A DNA stretch of 64,000 nucleotides from Selaginella moellendorffii. Lineage: Eukaryota > Plantae > Lycopodiophyta. Made by a program: the position numbers and the translations under genes. Location: the NCBI RefSeq assembly GCF_000143415.4, contig NW_003314273.1, positions 437,526 to 501,525 of the forward strand, in the 5' to 3' direction. This document shows, in pieces, positions 51,346 through 64,000 of the stretch. Below the pieces are notes generated by a model. That model did no database searches and was not told the DNA's origin. It saw nothing but the letters and a program-made list of their open reading frames with translations. Numbering within the stretch: position 1 is the first letter of the stretch; each line of letters begins with the position of its first letter.

Positions 51346-51789
51346 AAAGTGGATGATTGGTATTTGTTTATTTTCCCAATTTTACAGTGTATCATTTACC
51401 TAATGGGCTCTTTGCTTAGTAGAAAGGATTGTATCAAGTGTTGTGGCAAATTAGATTCCAAATTTATGATCATCACCAATTTATGTCATCATTGTGGTGA
51501 ACTTGGATAACTAAGGATATATCACATTTTCACAAGTGTTTATCATCCTCAAATGAATAATTTGGTGAAATAGCTGATTGGACCTTTAAAAGGATGATCA
51601 CATTAAGATTAGGATTGTTATTTTTCATGTCTTCAATATGTGTATATCATAGGGGTATAGGGTGTTTTACCATATAAAGTATTATATATGGTCATGATCT
51701 AACATTACCAATAGAGTTGAGTTTACTTTTACAATTGCTATGAGTTGCTAGGACCTGGGATTAATATTTGATTACCATTTTTGCACTAC

Positions 51790-51987
51790 TGTAAACTTTT
51801 GAATCTGGACTTTCCGGGAGGTCACCAACCAACTCAGTATTATTCAAACCCAAGGACACTTAACCCCAAATATCCCAAAACCTTTAATTGATTGGAAAAG
51901 GGGGTGCACTTTTTTTCATGGGCCTTTTCTTTTTATATTTGAACCCCTATGGATCATCTCTCAAGTCGTTCCTTTTGGTTACTTATA
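51790..51987 (-). mobile_element. 5S-derived solo LTR, unit 2 copy
   Basis: Same TSD ACTAC. Reads ggactttccgggaggtcacc...agtattattc...cccaaggacacttaac. Confidence 0.7.
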
Positions 51988-53497
51988 ACTACTTGGAGCG
52001 AAGTTTGTTAAACATTTCTAGCGCATATAAATGAGACAATAGCAATGCTATAATTCTCATTATTATCCATATCTAGAGTATAAAGTGGATGATTGGTATT
52101 TGTTTATTTTTCCAAATTTATAGTATATAATTTACCTAAAGGGCTCTTTGCTTAGTAGAAAGGATTGTATCAAGTGTTGTGGCAAGTTAGATTCCAAATT
52201 TATGATCATCACCAATTTATGTCATCATTGTGGTGAACTTGGATATTATAAAACTGATTATTCACAATTGAAGAATAAGTAATAAAGAAAAAAGAATAGT
52301 TAATCTTTTATTAGCATTAAGTTGAATATTAAAAAGTTGCAAAATTTTCAAAGTAAAGATGAAAAAAAAGACTATTCTGATTAAAGGAAGAGACTTTTAA
52401 TCACTATTTGATAACTCAACTATATGTAGAATAATTAAAGGAACCTCAAGAGAAGGCATAACATAGTTTATGCAAGGTTAAACATCTTTGTCTTTGTTAT
52501 TTAGTGCTGGGTCATAACAGTGTATTATTTGAAGTTGTTGAAGTTGGGAAGCTAAACAACTTGCATCCCTCATAAAGCATTGTTTGTAATACATAGAAAT
52601 ACTGTTCTTCTTTATTCAGAATTCAAGATTGCTTCTTTAGTGGGATATGGCTGAAATCAAATATCTCCTTGAGACCGAAAATAAGTTTCTCTGCATCTTG
52701 ATCTCCATCTGATGACGATTCTTCCACCATATAAGCAACAGCATCATCCCTAATATTGTCCTTGAACTCCACATGCTCTCCATCACTAAAAATAGCTTCT
52801 CCTCCTTCCTTTGAACCACCTGAGCTTGACGATGAACTCAGAATGGATTCATAAGACGTTGTATCTAAAAAAGAACAAATAAAAAGTTTTGTGTCTGCTA
52901 AATTCAATGTCATACAACAGTTTCGAAAAGCAAATTGGTGGCAGAAGTACGTGTGCTTGGTAACAAGATGCAGCTCAACAGCAAACATGACCAAAATTTA
53001 CTTGCATTTTCCTGCATGACGTAAAGCATAAGCTTTAAGGAGAATGATAGAGAGCACTTACCTTGTGAATTCAATGCTCTTCAAGTTTTGTCATGTCAGG
53101 AAGTTTGCATGTTAAGAATGGCACATCTAGGGTAAGCATCTAAACATTCACCAACAAAGAAAGCACATAAAGACTGTACTTACTATAGCTACCATCTCGT
53201 TTCTTTGTTTTCTTCTAGAAAGTTTACTGAGGTCAGATGGTATCCAGTAGCTGGTTTGATGAGCACTCTCAAGCTGGAAGCATTAGAAACCAGCTCCAGG
53301 GACTTGTTCCAGACTCAAGTCTAGATATTGAGAGATGAGAATGTGTAAACATCTTCTGGGATGCAGCCTGTGAGCTGGTTCCAGCGTGCCTGAGTTTCAA
53401 GAGCCAGGGCGCTGCCGAGAAATGTAAACGAACGCATTAAAGTGAAATAGATTTAGTAAGGGTTAGGGCATTAAAGGCATTTTGCAAAGGGCAAGCT

Positions 53498-55198
53498 ATG
53501 GCGCGAACAGAGCAGGAGCGCAGTGGATGCGTCACAGGTTTGTGGTCTCTCTTTCGACCAAAAAAGGCGCACAAGGGCGACAACAAGGTCCACCCGGAAG
53601 CCATGGACGCGGCGGCCTCGAAGCTGAAGGTCCAAGATCGTGTCTGTGAGGCCGTCTCGGGAGAAGCCATGGACGCCGCCGCCTTGAAGTTGAAGGAACT
53701 CAGGCACGAGGTGAAAATCGTCTTAGAAGCGATACGACAGGAGCGAGGGCACAAGGAGCTGATCAAGCCGATCAAGCCGGAACAAGAGAAGGAGGACGAA
53801 GAGGAGAATCAAGAGAAGAAAGCGGAGCAGCTGAAGGAAGAGAAGAAAGCCGAGCAGGTGAACGAGGAGGAGAAAGAAGCCGATCAGATGAAGCCGATGA
53901 AGCTGGAAGAAGAGGAGGAAAAGGAAGCCGAGAAGCAGCTGAAGGAGGAGGAGCAAGAGAAGAAAGCTGAGCAGCTGAGCGAGGAGGAGCAGGAGAAAGA
54001 AGCCCATGAGACGAAGGAACTCAGGCGCGAGGTGAAACAGGAGCAAGGTCACAAGGAGCAGCCGCAGCTGGAACGAGAGGAGAAGAATCAGCCGAATCAG
54101 CCGATCAAGCCGATCAAGCCGATGAAGCAAGAGCAGGAACAGGAGGAGGAGCAGCGGATGAAGCCGATGAAGCAGCAGCTGGAACAAGAGGAGGAGCAGA
54201 TGATCAAGCCGATCAAGCAGCCTCTGGAACGGGAAGACGATCAAGAGAAGATGAAGCAGCAGGAGAATGACAAGCCCAAGCAGGAGGAGCAGCGACCCAA
54301 GCCAATTCTACTGCCAGCCGGGGGTCGTCGTCCAGGTATGGTTCCTTTTGCTTCTCGCATTCTTCTTCTACTGTGACTCACGATGGCCTTCTGGACTTGC
54401 AGGTTCCAGGCCGAAGATGGTTCGCTTCTCTTCCTCAGCGGAGGACATTCTTCCCGACGGCACCCGACGGCGGAGTGAAACCCATCTTAGCGATGGCCGA
54501 GGGGGCTATGTTGAGTTCGCGTATCTCGAAGCTTTCCACAAGGCAAACCGGTGGCTAAACCAGAGGGGAAAAACCGAGAAGAAGATCCGCAGCTTGGAAG
54601 AGGAAAAGCGCGAGGAAACAGAAGAGGAGAAGCACGAGGAAAAGTCTTGGAGTGTTAGCGCGCTCCGGATTCTGATCAGACTCACCGAGCAGCTTTACGA
54701 GGAGCTCAACGGCAAATCCAGCGACCGAGAGAGGATCAAGCGAGCGCGGAAGATGATGAGGCTCCAGAAAATGCTGGATAGGATCCCGAGTGAGAGGAAA
54801 CCGTGGAAGAAGCTTCAGTCTGGCGAGGTGGTCTTCGTGAAGGAGGCAAAAGAACTATATGATCGTGCGGGGAGAGATTTTGTTGCCGAATTCAAGAGGA
54901 GACAGGTAAGTTTGATATACCTTCCAGATTCCAGATGGCCGTTTGCTAATAACTTCCGTGTTTGTTGTAGAGAGCTGAAGTGAACGATGAGTGTTTGTTT
55001 TGTCGGAACCATGATGGCGAGAAGATGATCGGCCGGGCTGGAGCGAACTCTAAGACGACTAGACCCTGGGTTTACCTGAGAAGAGAACACGAGCAAACTG
55101 TTCTAAGCACGTCGAAGAAACGAGAGATGAAGTTGGCTCCGAGCTCGAGAAGTTGGCTGCAAGGATTGGTCAACTGGAGGCCAGTGCTCGGACTCTAG
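53498..55198 (+). CDS. Paralog of the coiled-coil gene (about 522 aa); exons 53498-54335, 54403-54905, 54971-55198
   Basis: Frame and splice sites are conserved. It differs by one 45-bp repeat unit and a few substitutions. Confidence 0.7.
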
Positions 55199-58100
55199 CA
55201 TCGGAGAAGCCAACTCTCAAGAGTCAAATCCAGAAGTTGGATCTCCAAGCAAGTTGAGCAGCACAGGAGGAGGCCACTAAAGCTATAGACCAGTTAAGTC
55301 GAGAGAAGATCGACCTTCTCGAGGACTCGACTCCAAAGATTTGCAACTGTCCAAGACGTGAAAGCAGTGCGTGACAACCGTGTCTCAGGGCTCCAGGCGG
55401 AGAAGTCCATCACACTTCAGGCGTCTAAACAGGCCAGCGACCAGCCTCCACACTCTTCTAAGTCAAGAGAAGATCAATGGATCAAGTTTGACTACACTCT
55501 ACAGTGTCTGGAGCAAGGAGGGATCTATCTTATCAGCTTTCCAGTCGACGGAGATGAGACAGGAGATACTGCTGCGGTATATTGTTCACAGCTTGAAGGA
55601 ATAGTAGCAAGGGAACGACTGCAACGAGATGGTGATAGCGAGAATATGATATAGCTGAAGCTGCTCGTGACGGTGGGGGTATTCGGATTCACAGAGAGGG
55701 CTGCAGAGACTATAAGACAGACTACACTCGACGTTCTCTGTCATCTGGTAGAGCTCTCTAGTTGACGGAGACTTTGAAAACGGGTCAGGGCTGTCCAGGA
55801 ATGCTCGTACAGCCGCTCGGATGAAAGTATCAGCAAAGAACTCAGTGTCAGATTGCTTCAAGGGAAATCAAATCCAAAAGTTGGAGCGGGAAAACTCGGA
55901 GCTGTGGCCAAATATCCAAGCAAGTCGAGCACCACAGTAGCAGGTCACTAAAGCGTCAAGTCTGAGCTAAAGACCAGTCTCCACACTCTAAGTCAAGGGA
56001 AGATCAACGACTGGAATTGAAAGTTTCGGAAGATGGTGGCCGAGATGGAGAGTCGAAAGCGGCGGTTGACGAGGCTCCAGGCGGAGCAGTCGGCTGGAAG
56101 TGCAGCAGAGTCCATCAAACTTCGGCATCTAAACAGGCTAGCCCGCCTCCACACTCTTCTAAGTCAAGAGAAGATCAATGGATCAAGTTGGGCTACACTC
56201 TACAGTGTCTGGAGCAAGGAGGGATCTATCTTATCGGCTTTCCAGTGGACGGAGATGATTCAGGAGCGCCTGCTGCGGTAAGGCTGTCCATGGTAGTAGC
56301 GAGGAACGACGTAAACCAGTGTCAGATGGCTGCAAGATGGCGAGAAGACGATATAGCTGAAGCTGCTCGTGACTGGGGTTTCGGATGGCTGCAGAGACTA
56401 TAAGACAGACTACGCTAGACGTTCTCTGTCATCTGGTGGAATGAGGGAAGTGTTCGGACAGGAGTTCTTGAAGGAGAAGCCCCAGGGGATAATGGCTGAC
56501 GGAGTCGAATCCGCTGCACGAGGTGGAGCTCTCGGCGAGAGCACGTGATGGCAGAGTTTGGAAGCGCAAAGGCGAGGCTGGAGAAGCAAGTAACTGGCAG
56601 CTGATAGAGAGGATCACGGGACTCGAGGCGCTGGAGGAGAGAGAGACGTGCCAGATGCAAAGCAAAGCTTTGGGCGAGGAGCTCTGAAGGATGAAGAAGA
56701 CAAGCCGAGGAGAACCGATGTGAGAGCAGAGGTTTGACGGATCAGATGGACGCTACATGCGACAAGAAGGAGCATCTGGCTTCGCAGGAAGCTGTGTTTT
56801 TGCATACTTCCGCTCAAGCTTCTCAGCACGATCAAGGCCTGAAGTGGCGGAAGCATTTTCTAACTGCCAGAGGTTCTAAGCACGTCAAAGAAACGAGAAT
56901 GGAAGTTCAAGAAGTAACCAGCTCTCGAGAGTCAAATACAGAACAGAGGTGCAAGCCAAGTACTGACAGCTCGAGCAGCGCAGGGAAGCAGTAGCAAGCC
57001 TCCAAAGCGCTAGAGACCAGTCTCCACACTTCTAAGTCAAGAGAAGATCAACCTCTTCGAGGAGATATCCTCCCTCGACTCCAAAGTTTCGGAGATATCT
57101 TGATCAATCGGGAGATAGCAGATAATTTTGTCAAGATCTGGGCTTCTCAAGCGGAGCTCGCTGAGACGGTGCCCGAGATCGGAGCAGTCAGCCAGCCGAG
57201 TGGAGAAGAGTCCATCAAACGTTGGCGTGAGAACAGCGAGGTGAAGGAGAAGATGAGATGCCAAGACGGATCAAAGACAAAGCTCTCTAGTTGATGGAAA
57301 CAGGACGAGAGCTTCAATGCTGTCCAGGATCACTCTTACAGGTGCTTGGATGATAGAAGATGATGATGGCAAGATGATCTCAAACTCGAAGAAACTGCTT
57401 GTGGCAGTGGAGCCAGAGGTTCGGCTTCACAAAGACTGAAAAACGGCTGATGTTCGCCCCTGACATGCGGAGACTACAAGAGCTGGAGCAAACTCTAAGA
57501 CGAAGCAACAGTCATAAAGACAGAAGATCGGACGAGTTTCATGGAACGTGGAAGCTGGTGCAAAGCGATTCAGAGGTTCAATGGCCACCTTTACAATCGA
57601 GAAATGTGGACTGAGGGTACGTAGAGTCATTCGTTTTTTCCTCTTCCATTCATTTCATCCGTGTTGTTAAACAGAAGAAGCAAGCTGCAGCGACACACAA
57701 ATTGTGATGGTAGCTCCTTTAGTATCAGCAACAAATCCTGGTGGAATATCTTCTGAGCTCCAACTTGGTCCAGATCGTTGGAGGCCGTCTCTTCGAGACT
57801 AAATAAATAAAACATCTCAGAGACTACGCTAAGGAGCTGCTTATTCTGGCCAACTTGTGAGTAAATAACCTTGAGAGATTATGTTTCTTTTCTATTTGGA
57901 AAATAGTCTGACTGCCAACTTGGTCCAGATCATAAGAGGCCGCCAGAAGAATATGTAAATGAGGGTGGAGCTCTTAAACCAAGCAGGGGCAGCAGGTTGA
58001 AAAATCGAAGTTTTAAGTTCGCCCAGCAGAGTAGGGGCAGCAGCTTCAAAAAGAAAAGTGGAAGCAGCTAAAGAGCAGTGACAAGTTTGATCGAGCAGCA

Positions 58101-59729
58101 GAATAGTTCAGACTCGTGATAGTTTTTTTCATATCATTTTCTTTGATTTAGCTGTAAAAACGATGATTTAATGTTCATAATGTTTGAATCTCTGAAAGGT
58201 CCGAGATCCGACTTGCAACAAGATGATACCTAGAGCACGCTAGGGCTTGGCGGCATGGCCGCTTGGCAAGGCATCCCCCGAAAAACTCGTGAACTTTACC
58301 ATGTAGGCCGAGTATTTGCAATCTGTAGACTTGTCTCTAACATCGTGGATCTTCTTGTACGTTTGCAAGGATTCCTGATCAGTTTGTCCCCGTAACTTGA
58401 TTAGAAAATGGAAAAACAAATCCAGCTCAGGAAAATAAGATCTTACATAGTTTGCTCCAGAGGCATTACCATCACATAGCATGTAAATTTGAACCGACCC
58501 GACCAAATGAACGATCTTCAATCCACTGGGAGTTTAGCAACTCCACCTGTGAAATAAAAAGAACGAAACAAGAAAAAACAATGATGAGAGTCATACTATT
58601 AACAAGAACCTCCAGTGGTTCTGGGAAAAAGCAAAATCACATGAGACTAGAAGAATTCCAAAGCCTTTGAAGACGTGCACGTTGATAAAGGACGCTTTGC
58701 CTTAAATCTCCTGCTGGACTGTGGGGTAACGATGGTGATAGCGAAGGTGTTCGACTTTCTAGACACCACGACACCACGTTAGAGCAAGAACTCAGGAGCT
58801 AATATGTACGCACCTCCAGTTGTTCCATATGGTATAAAGCCATTTGACTTGGTCTAGAAGGTCATAAGCGGATGAAAAGGGAAAAGGCTTGCCCACCTCC
58901 TTCCAGACAGTCAAAGTTGTTACCATTGTATGAGAAAAAAACTAAATTTCTGCACGTCGCCACCAATCAAACTTGTAAGATTGCTGTTCGTGACTAACTT
59001 AATCCGTCCGTTCTAACTTAATCTTGAGGGAATTTGAGGTGTTATTCTCATGGAAATCATTACGGCCATGTTATTACCTTTTACCAATGTTAAAAATGAG
59101 TGTTTCTTGTACTAGGGAGTGCATTTTCTTTTGTTTTCCTTCTTACTGTCTAGAATTTAATGTTTGAATCAATTTTTTTTTGAGATTTTAGGCATTTTAA
59201 CTCATGGTTTTGGTTTCATTCTCTTGGTTTGAGTATAAACTTTTAAACAAGTCCATCCACACCTATTTTTGTGTGCAAAGTCAAGAGATTTCCATGCAAA
59301 TGTTTTCCTCTTAGGCATTTTGAGTATTGGAGTTTAATTTTTTCTATTTTCCCCCTTTTCTTTGCAATATTTTTTTCTTTTGTCGTGAGAAATTGGCATT
59401 TGCAAGAGTGAGAGTGATTTTATTTGGGAAAATCTACATGAGGATACTCTTTTATTTGGAGTTATCCCATTTAGATACTTTGCTCTCACACAAGTCAAAG
59501 TTCTTTGTGCGTTGTATTTTCCACAACCTGGCATCTACTACATAGTGGACATTTTATGCTAGTTCACACTCGTTCCAGTTAGAGATGGCAACTAGCAAAC
59601 TTCCATACAGTGCCTAGGGTATGGGGATATTTTTCACACCTTTTACGAGAGCTCGATTATCAAACTACTCTTTTTGATGAGGAGGATTCATCATTCATTA
59701 CAGATATCGAGTCAGAGAGTCCACCATCC

Positions 59730-61008
59730 ATGGCTCTTCCTACATAAATCCACATTCTACAGCGAGGCACCGACTTGACATACTTATCTGGCAATGGCGA
59801 CATCTTTGCCAATACACATGTCACTCATTTTGAGCAATATTGCATGTCAAATGGCATCATCGAGGATGATCACAAACTTTGTGACTTCTTGCGATCGCTC
59901 ACTAGCCGAGCAGAAACATGGGTAGAGACACTCTTGGAGGTAGATATGGCTGACAACTCCACATTCAAAGCATCTTTCTAAGGTCACTTTGATCAGCAGT
60001 GACCACCAAATCGCTTACTCATGGACTTGTTCGTTTTTTGGCAAGGAGCACGTGAATCTGTGCCGGAATATGTGATGTGGTTTAGGTTTTACTAGAAGGA
60101 GTGTGTCCTCATCACAAATGAACCTCATGGCATCACTACATTCATCTTTGGCCTCAAGGGAAATCTCAAATGCAAAATGCTTAAGCGAGAGTTTTGGATG
60201 TGTTATGAGGCATTTGCTATAGTAGAGACTTTGGAGTGGGATCTTCTCCAACATCTCAAGATTCCTAGGGTAGAGGAGGTTTTCCTCCCACCTTCAGATG
60301 AGAGCTCATGTGCTACCATGATCCATTCTTCTCCAACCCCGCACAGTGATGATAGAGTTTCCTCAATGATCGAGAAGGCATTGTCGAAGCATGCAAGATA
60401 CAAGGAGATTATCTAGCAGCAATGATAAATTCAAGAGAAGCTACTTGAGGAGCTTAAAGCATGCTGCTTACAGTAGGCAGGGAGACTAAGATGCTCTCTT
60501 CGTTCTTGGTACTACTCGCATTGCGGTGTTATGATACACAGCATAAATAGATGTTGGAAGCTTCATTTAGAACTTCGACCACCTTTTGTCTAGCATGTTG
60601 AAGAGTAACTTCTACCAGACAACATATTTCTTCCATGGCTAGAGATAGATACCAGCAACAATTGGAGTAGAAAGCGATCAAAGACACCCTTTCGTTGAGC
60701 TGTGGAAACACTGATGCATGTCAACATAGTTTATGTTGTAGAGGACGGTTATAAGATGGCTGCTATGACTCAAGGGCGCAAGAAGGTTTCTCCTTTAGCC
60801 CCAAATATTGATGGTGAGCAAGATCCAGCTCTAGTTTCTAGAACTTCCCCATCTCTCATGGCATGTAAGTTACCCCATGCTTCGGTATTTGCAATGCAAC
60901 CCACATCCTTGGCCACAACTTCAAATCCAACAATTGGATATTCATCCAACTTTCAATGTGGGGTCTCTCATCTACCCTCCACTTTTTCTCAAGTCCCATA
61001 AGAAGTTC
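59730..61008 (+). pseudogene. Degenerate gag, unit 3 copy (truncated before the protease)
   Basis: Paralog of 4525-5800, cut by the deletion junction at about 61008. Confidence 0.65.
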
Positions 61009-61009
61009 T

Positions 61010-64000
61010 AGGAATGTTCCTAGATTGTGAATTTGGACATGGGACGAACACCATTGTGTTTAGACCGATTTTTACATTCTGTAGATATGCCAAATGAGCA
61101 AATCTGGACACTTTTCATAAATAGCATTTGAGACCGAAATGAAACTAACATAAAGGGCATGATAGCGAGGGTGTTTGGCAGACACGGTAAGCTATCATCT
61201 AGCGATATTGAGGGACCAATCTCAATATTGCGGGGGTTCCCAAAACTAGCAAGTGAAAATCAACGAATGAGTTTCTCTAACCAAGTCAAGTATGCTTGAC
61301 AAATAACACGTACGAATTCCGTCCTTATGCCCATCTGGTCAAGTGCACATACGAAGACCAGTTTCTCAACTAGCTTAGGCGGAGACTAATAACGGGCCCA
61401 GCAATACCGACCTCCTACCATCGTGGTAGTAAGGTAAGAGTGTCCGTAAGGTAACTTTCGATAGTAGTTGACAGGTAACTTTCGATACCCGAAGTCACAT
61501 TCGCAACACTCTCCCCCCCCTAGGGAAGATCGACGTCCTTGTCGATGCACACTCGAGTCTAGAATACCGCCAAGGAAACAACCCCAGAAAAAGTTCACGG
61601 TATTCACACTATATGAGAAATGCACCAACTTAAATGAGTTAGGAGGCAACCTCTTTGTCTAACGCAGATGCGGTACCAGCTCAGACACCTTCCAGCCGTC
61701 GCCGACAAGGAAATGACCAACGGAGTCAGCCACCCTTGCTGCTCTGGGAGTCACCCAGCTTACAAAAGTGTGATACACCCCTACCCGCAAGGACATAGAG
61801 AGAGAAGCCAGAGGCCCCAACCCTCATGAGCAAAGAAACCAAACCCGTCGGTAAGGTTTAGATAGACTATTGTAAATAGGCAGTTAGAGTTGTTTACACG
61901 GTCACGCCCTTTTGAATGGAATAAAGAACATCGACAGAGTGGCGGGTTATGTGACCAGTCGACAGTAGCTACCCCAAGACTAGAGATTTCAACATGCATA
62001 CGAAGTGCCAAAGCCAGTCTGCCTATACTGGCCCAAACTCAAAGATCAAAAGATGGACAATATCAAAGTTAGAGACAATGATATCTTAGAGACTTAATTA
62101 TCAGTGACTAAATCTTACATTAGAACACAAAAGTATTCCAAGCAAGTTATCGTCCAATAAACCAGTAGTATAGTATAGGAACCACCAAGATCATTGTAAC
62201 TGGTAAACAGAATACATGATCCAACAAAATTCAATAGCTAGTATATCATCAAGAAAACTCAATGATGAAACTTGACTATCGAAGATGGTAGATAGAATGC
62301 CAAATAATTTGCGAAAGAGAACTCAAAGAATACAAAGTATCATTGATTGACAAGCACAATGCTCGCAAATGTATCACCCAAAGGAAATAACATCCCAACC
62401 TATCAAAACTAACTTGAGCAATAATCAACAGAATAGAATGAATGTGGCAAAACCAACAAACACTCATTCTTGCCAACTATCACAAAAGCCAATCCGAATA
62501 GATCCCAACCAACAATACTAAGGAATTTAAGTTGCCTAAGCAAGTGTCAGCAACATCCTACTGATGTTTCAAACCCAAGAAACCAATCCAAAGCAAACCA
62601 CAAAGAACATGTGGTATTGCGAAAAGCTAAAAACTATCAAAGAGAACAACTAACCATCATGAAAAATTATCAATCATCCTATCAAGAAAGAGATGCATAA
62701 TCATAGTTGAAGAAAGAATCTACCATCCCGAAGAATAGCAACTCAGTTTATATCAACAATAATTAAGCAAAACTCTTTGACAAGGATAATCAACTATCCT
62801 AGATGATAGTCAATTATCACCAATGATTGCTAGATGCAAATACTAACTTCAATCTGGAAGCTAGAAGCCAAAATACCTTCCCCAACAACTTCTAACAAAT
62901 GGAATAACGAGCATAAAACTCAAAGAACCAAAAGCTTGAAGAAGTCTATAGTTAAGTCTTGCCTAACAATGATCATAAGCTTTGCATAAACTAACTTCAA
63001 TGCTAAAGAAGAAATCATGGTATAACTTACAATATCCTCCTCAACACATCCATAAGCTATACTACATAATGCAAAGCTAATGAAGAGCATGTTTGCATCA
63101 ATTCAAAAGCAAAGCATAACGGAGTTATGCTCAACAAGTGATCATCTAATCGATCCTCCATGAATCCATCAATAGCAAGACGTAGCTCACTTTATAGCAA
63201 GCACAAGAAGAATCATCAATGATCGATATATCCCAACTGAAATCCAGCAAGGATTCAATCACTAACTCTTTCCTCTTATAAAGCTAGCATAGTCCATGAC
63301 TAAATCACTTTTCAAGGAAAAGCTCAAAACTCAACCTCTACTAAACAATCTTGTCTAGAACACAACTAACTCAAACTTGCCACTCAATTCATTTGAACGT
63401 CAATACAATTGCTAATTAGCAATTGTACAAATGCTAATTAGCAATTGTACAAATGCTAATAACACAAAGCTATAGCCAAATCATCAACACTATCTTCATC
63501 AAAACTAATGAAACTCGACATCAATCTTGCAGAGAGACATCTCATTTCACTAAAATCAACCAACTTCCTCCTATTAACAACTTCACATAGGTTCACCCCA
63601 ACACAAATTCTCATGACCCATAATATGCTTAAGCCTCGAACATCCTTTTGCCCATTCTTTTGACATCCAACACCGACATCTGTAAAATGCAAATGGAACA
63701 TCCAAGGCTTGATCACGAAGACCACATCTTCGGATATCCACATTGCACTAACACTCTTCTTCAACCACTTTCAAGATTCAATGTGAAACTAAAACATTAA
63801 CAAGAAAAATGACATGGAAAATCAAGCTCTAAGGAAACTTCCTCATCACTTAAAATAACAATGTCACTTCCACTAACACAAATGCTAGTAATGTCAATGC
63901 CTCAACCTCACACCTTCTCTATCCAACAATCTGCTTCAAGTGTTAATGGATCAACTAATGAGCTATAGCAAATGAATGCTATAACCCTTTTTTCAACACC
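61010..64000 (-). mobile_element. Element B, unit 3 copy (partial LTR to 61508, PPT 61509-61520, interior)
   Basis: Colinear with 45490-48454. No integrase insert. Confidence 0.88.

Larger units (their letters stand above)
36125..58993. repeat. Tandem segmental duplication, unit 2
   Basis: Colinear with unit 1. It lacks element A, solo LTR C and the integrase insert, and has deletions equivalent to about 7165-8250 and about 23168-25339. Confidence 0.95.
59011..64000. repeat. Tandem segmental duplication, unit 3 (internally deleted, runs off window)
   Basis: 59011-61008 matches about 39901-41895. 61010-64000 matches about 45490-48454. Confidence 0.9.

Noticed and set aside
36125-58993. Duplication explained purely as two haplotypes joined in tandem
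   Set aside because: A third copy with its own variants and filler-containing junctions favours real tandem amplification, though partial assembly artefact cannot be excluded.

Overview
Eukaryotic, land-plant-type, repeat-rich DNA. Short GT-AG introns, tRNA-iMet primer-binding sites and chromovirus-type elements suggest a lycophyte such as Selaginella, but this is an inference. The window is a tandem segmental array of at least three related units: unit 1 about 1-36124, unit 2 about 36125-58993, unit 3 about 59011-end. Each unit is a nest of LTR retrotransposons followed (units 1 and 2) by a three-exon Glu/Gln/Lys-rich coiled-coil gene and gene relics. Comparing units gives filled and empty sites for several insertions: element A (9547-17314, TSD ACTAC), element B (17604-25273, TSD ACAAC) and solo LTRs at 22095-23149 and 27080-28224. 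The most unusual feature is 18246-19876: an intact Ty3/gypsy chromovirus-type integrase (HHCC, DDE, GPY/F, chromodomain) interrupted by two canonical spliceosomal introns of 46 and 52 nt. It is patched antisense into element B in unit 1 only, which points to an intron-bearing, DNA-level source of this integrase. A 198-bp 5S-rRNA-derived (Cassandra-like) solo LTR and an LTR motif module shared by three LTR families are also present.
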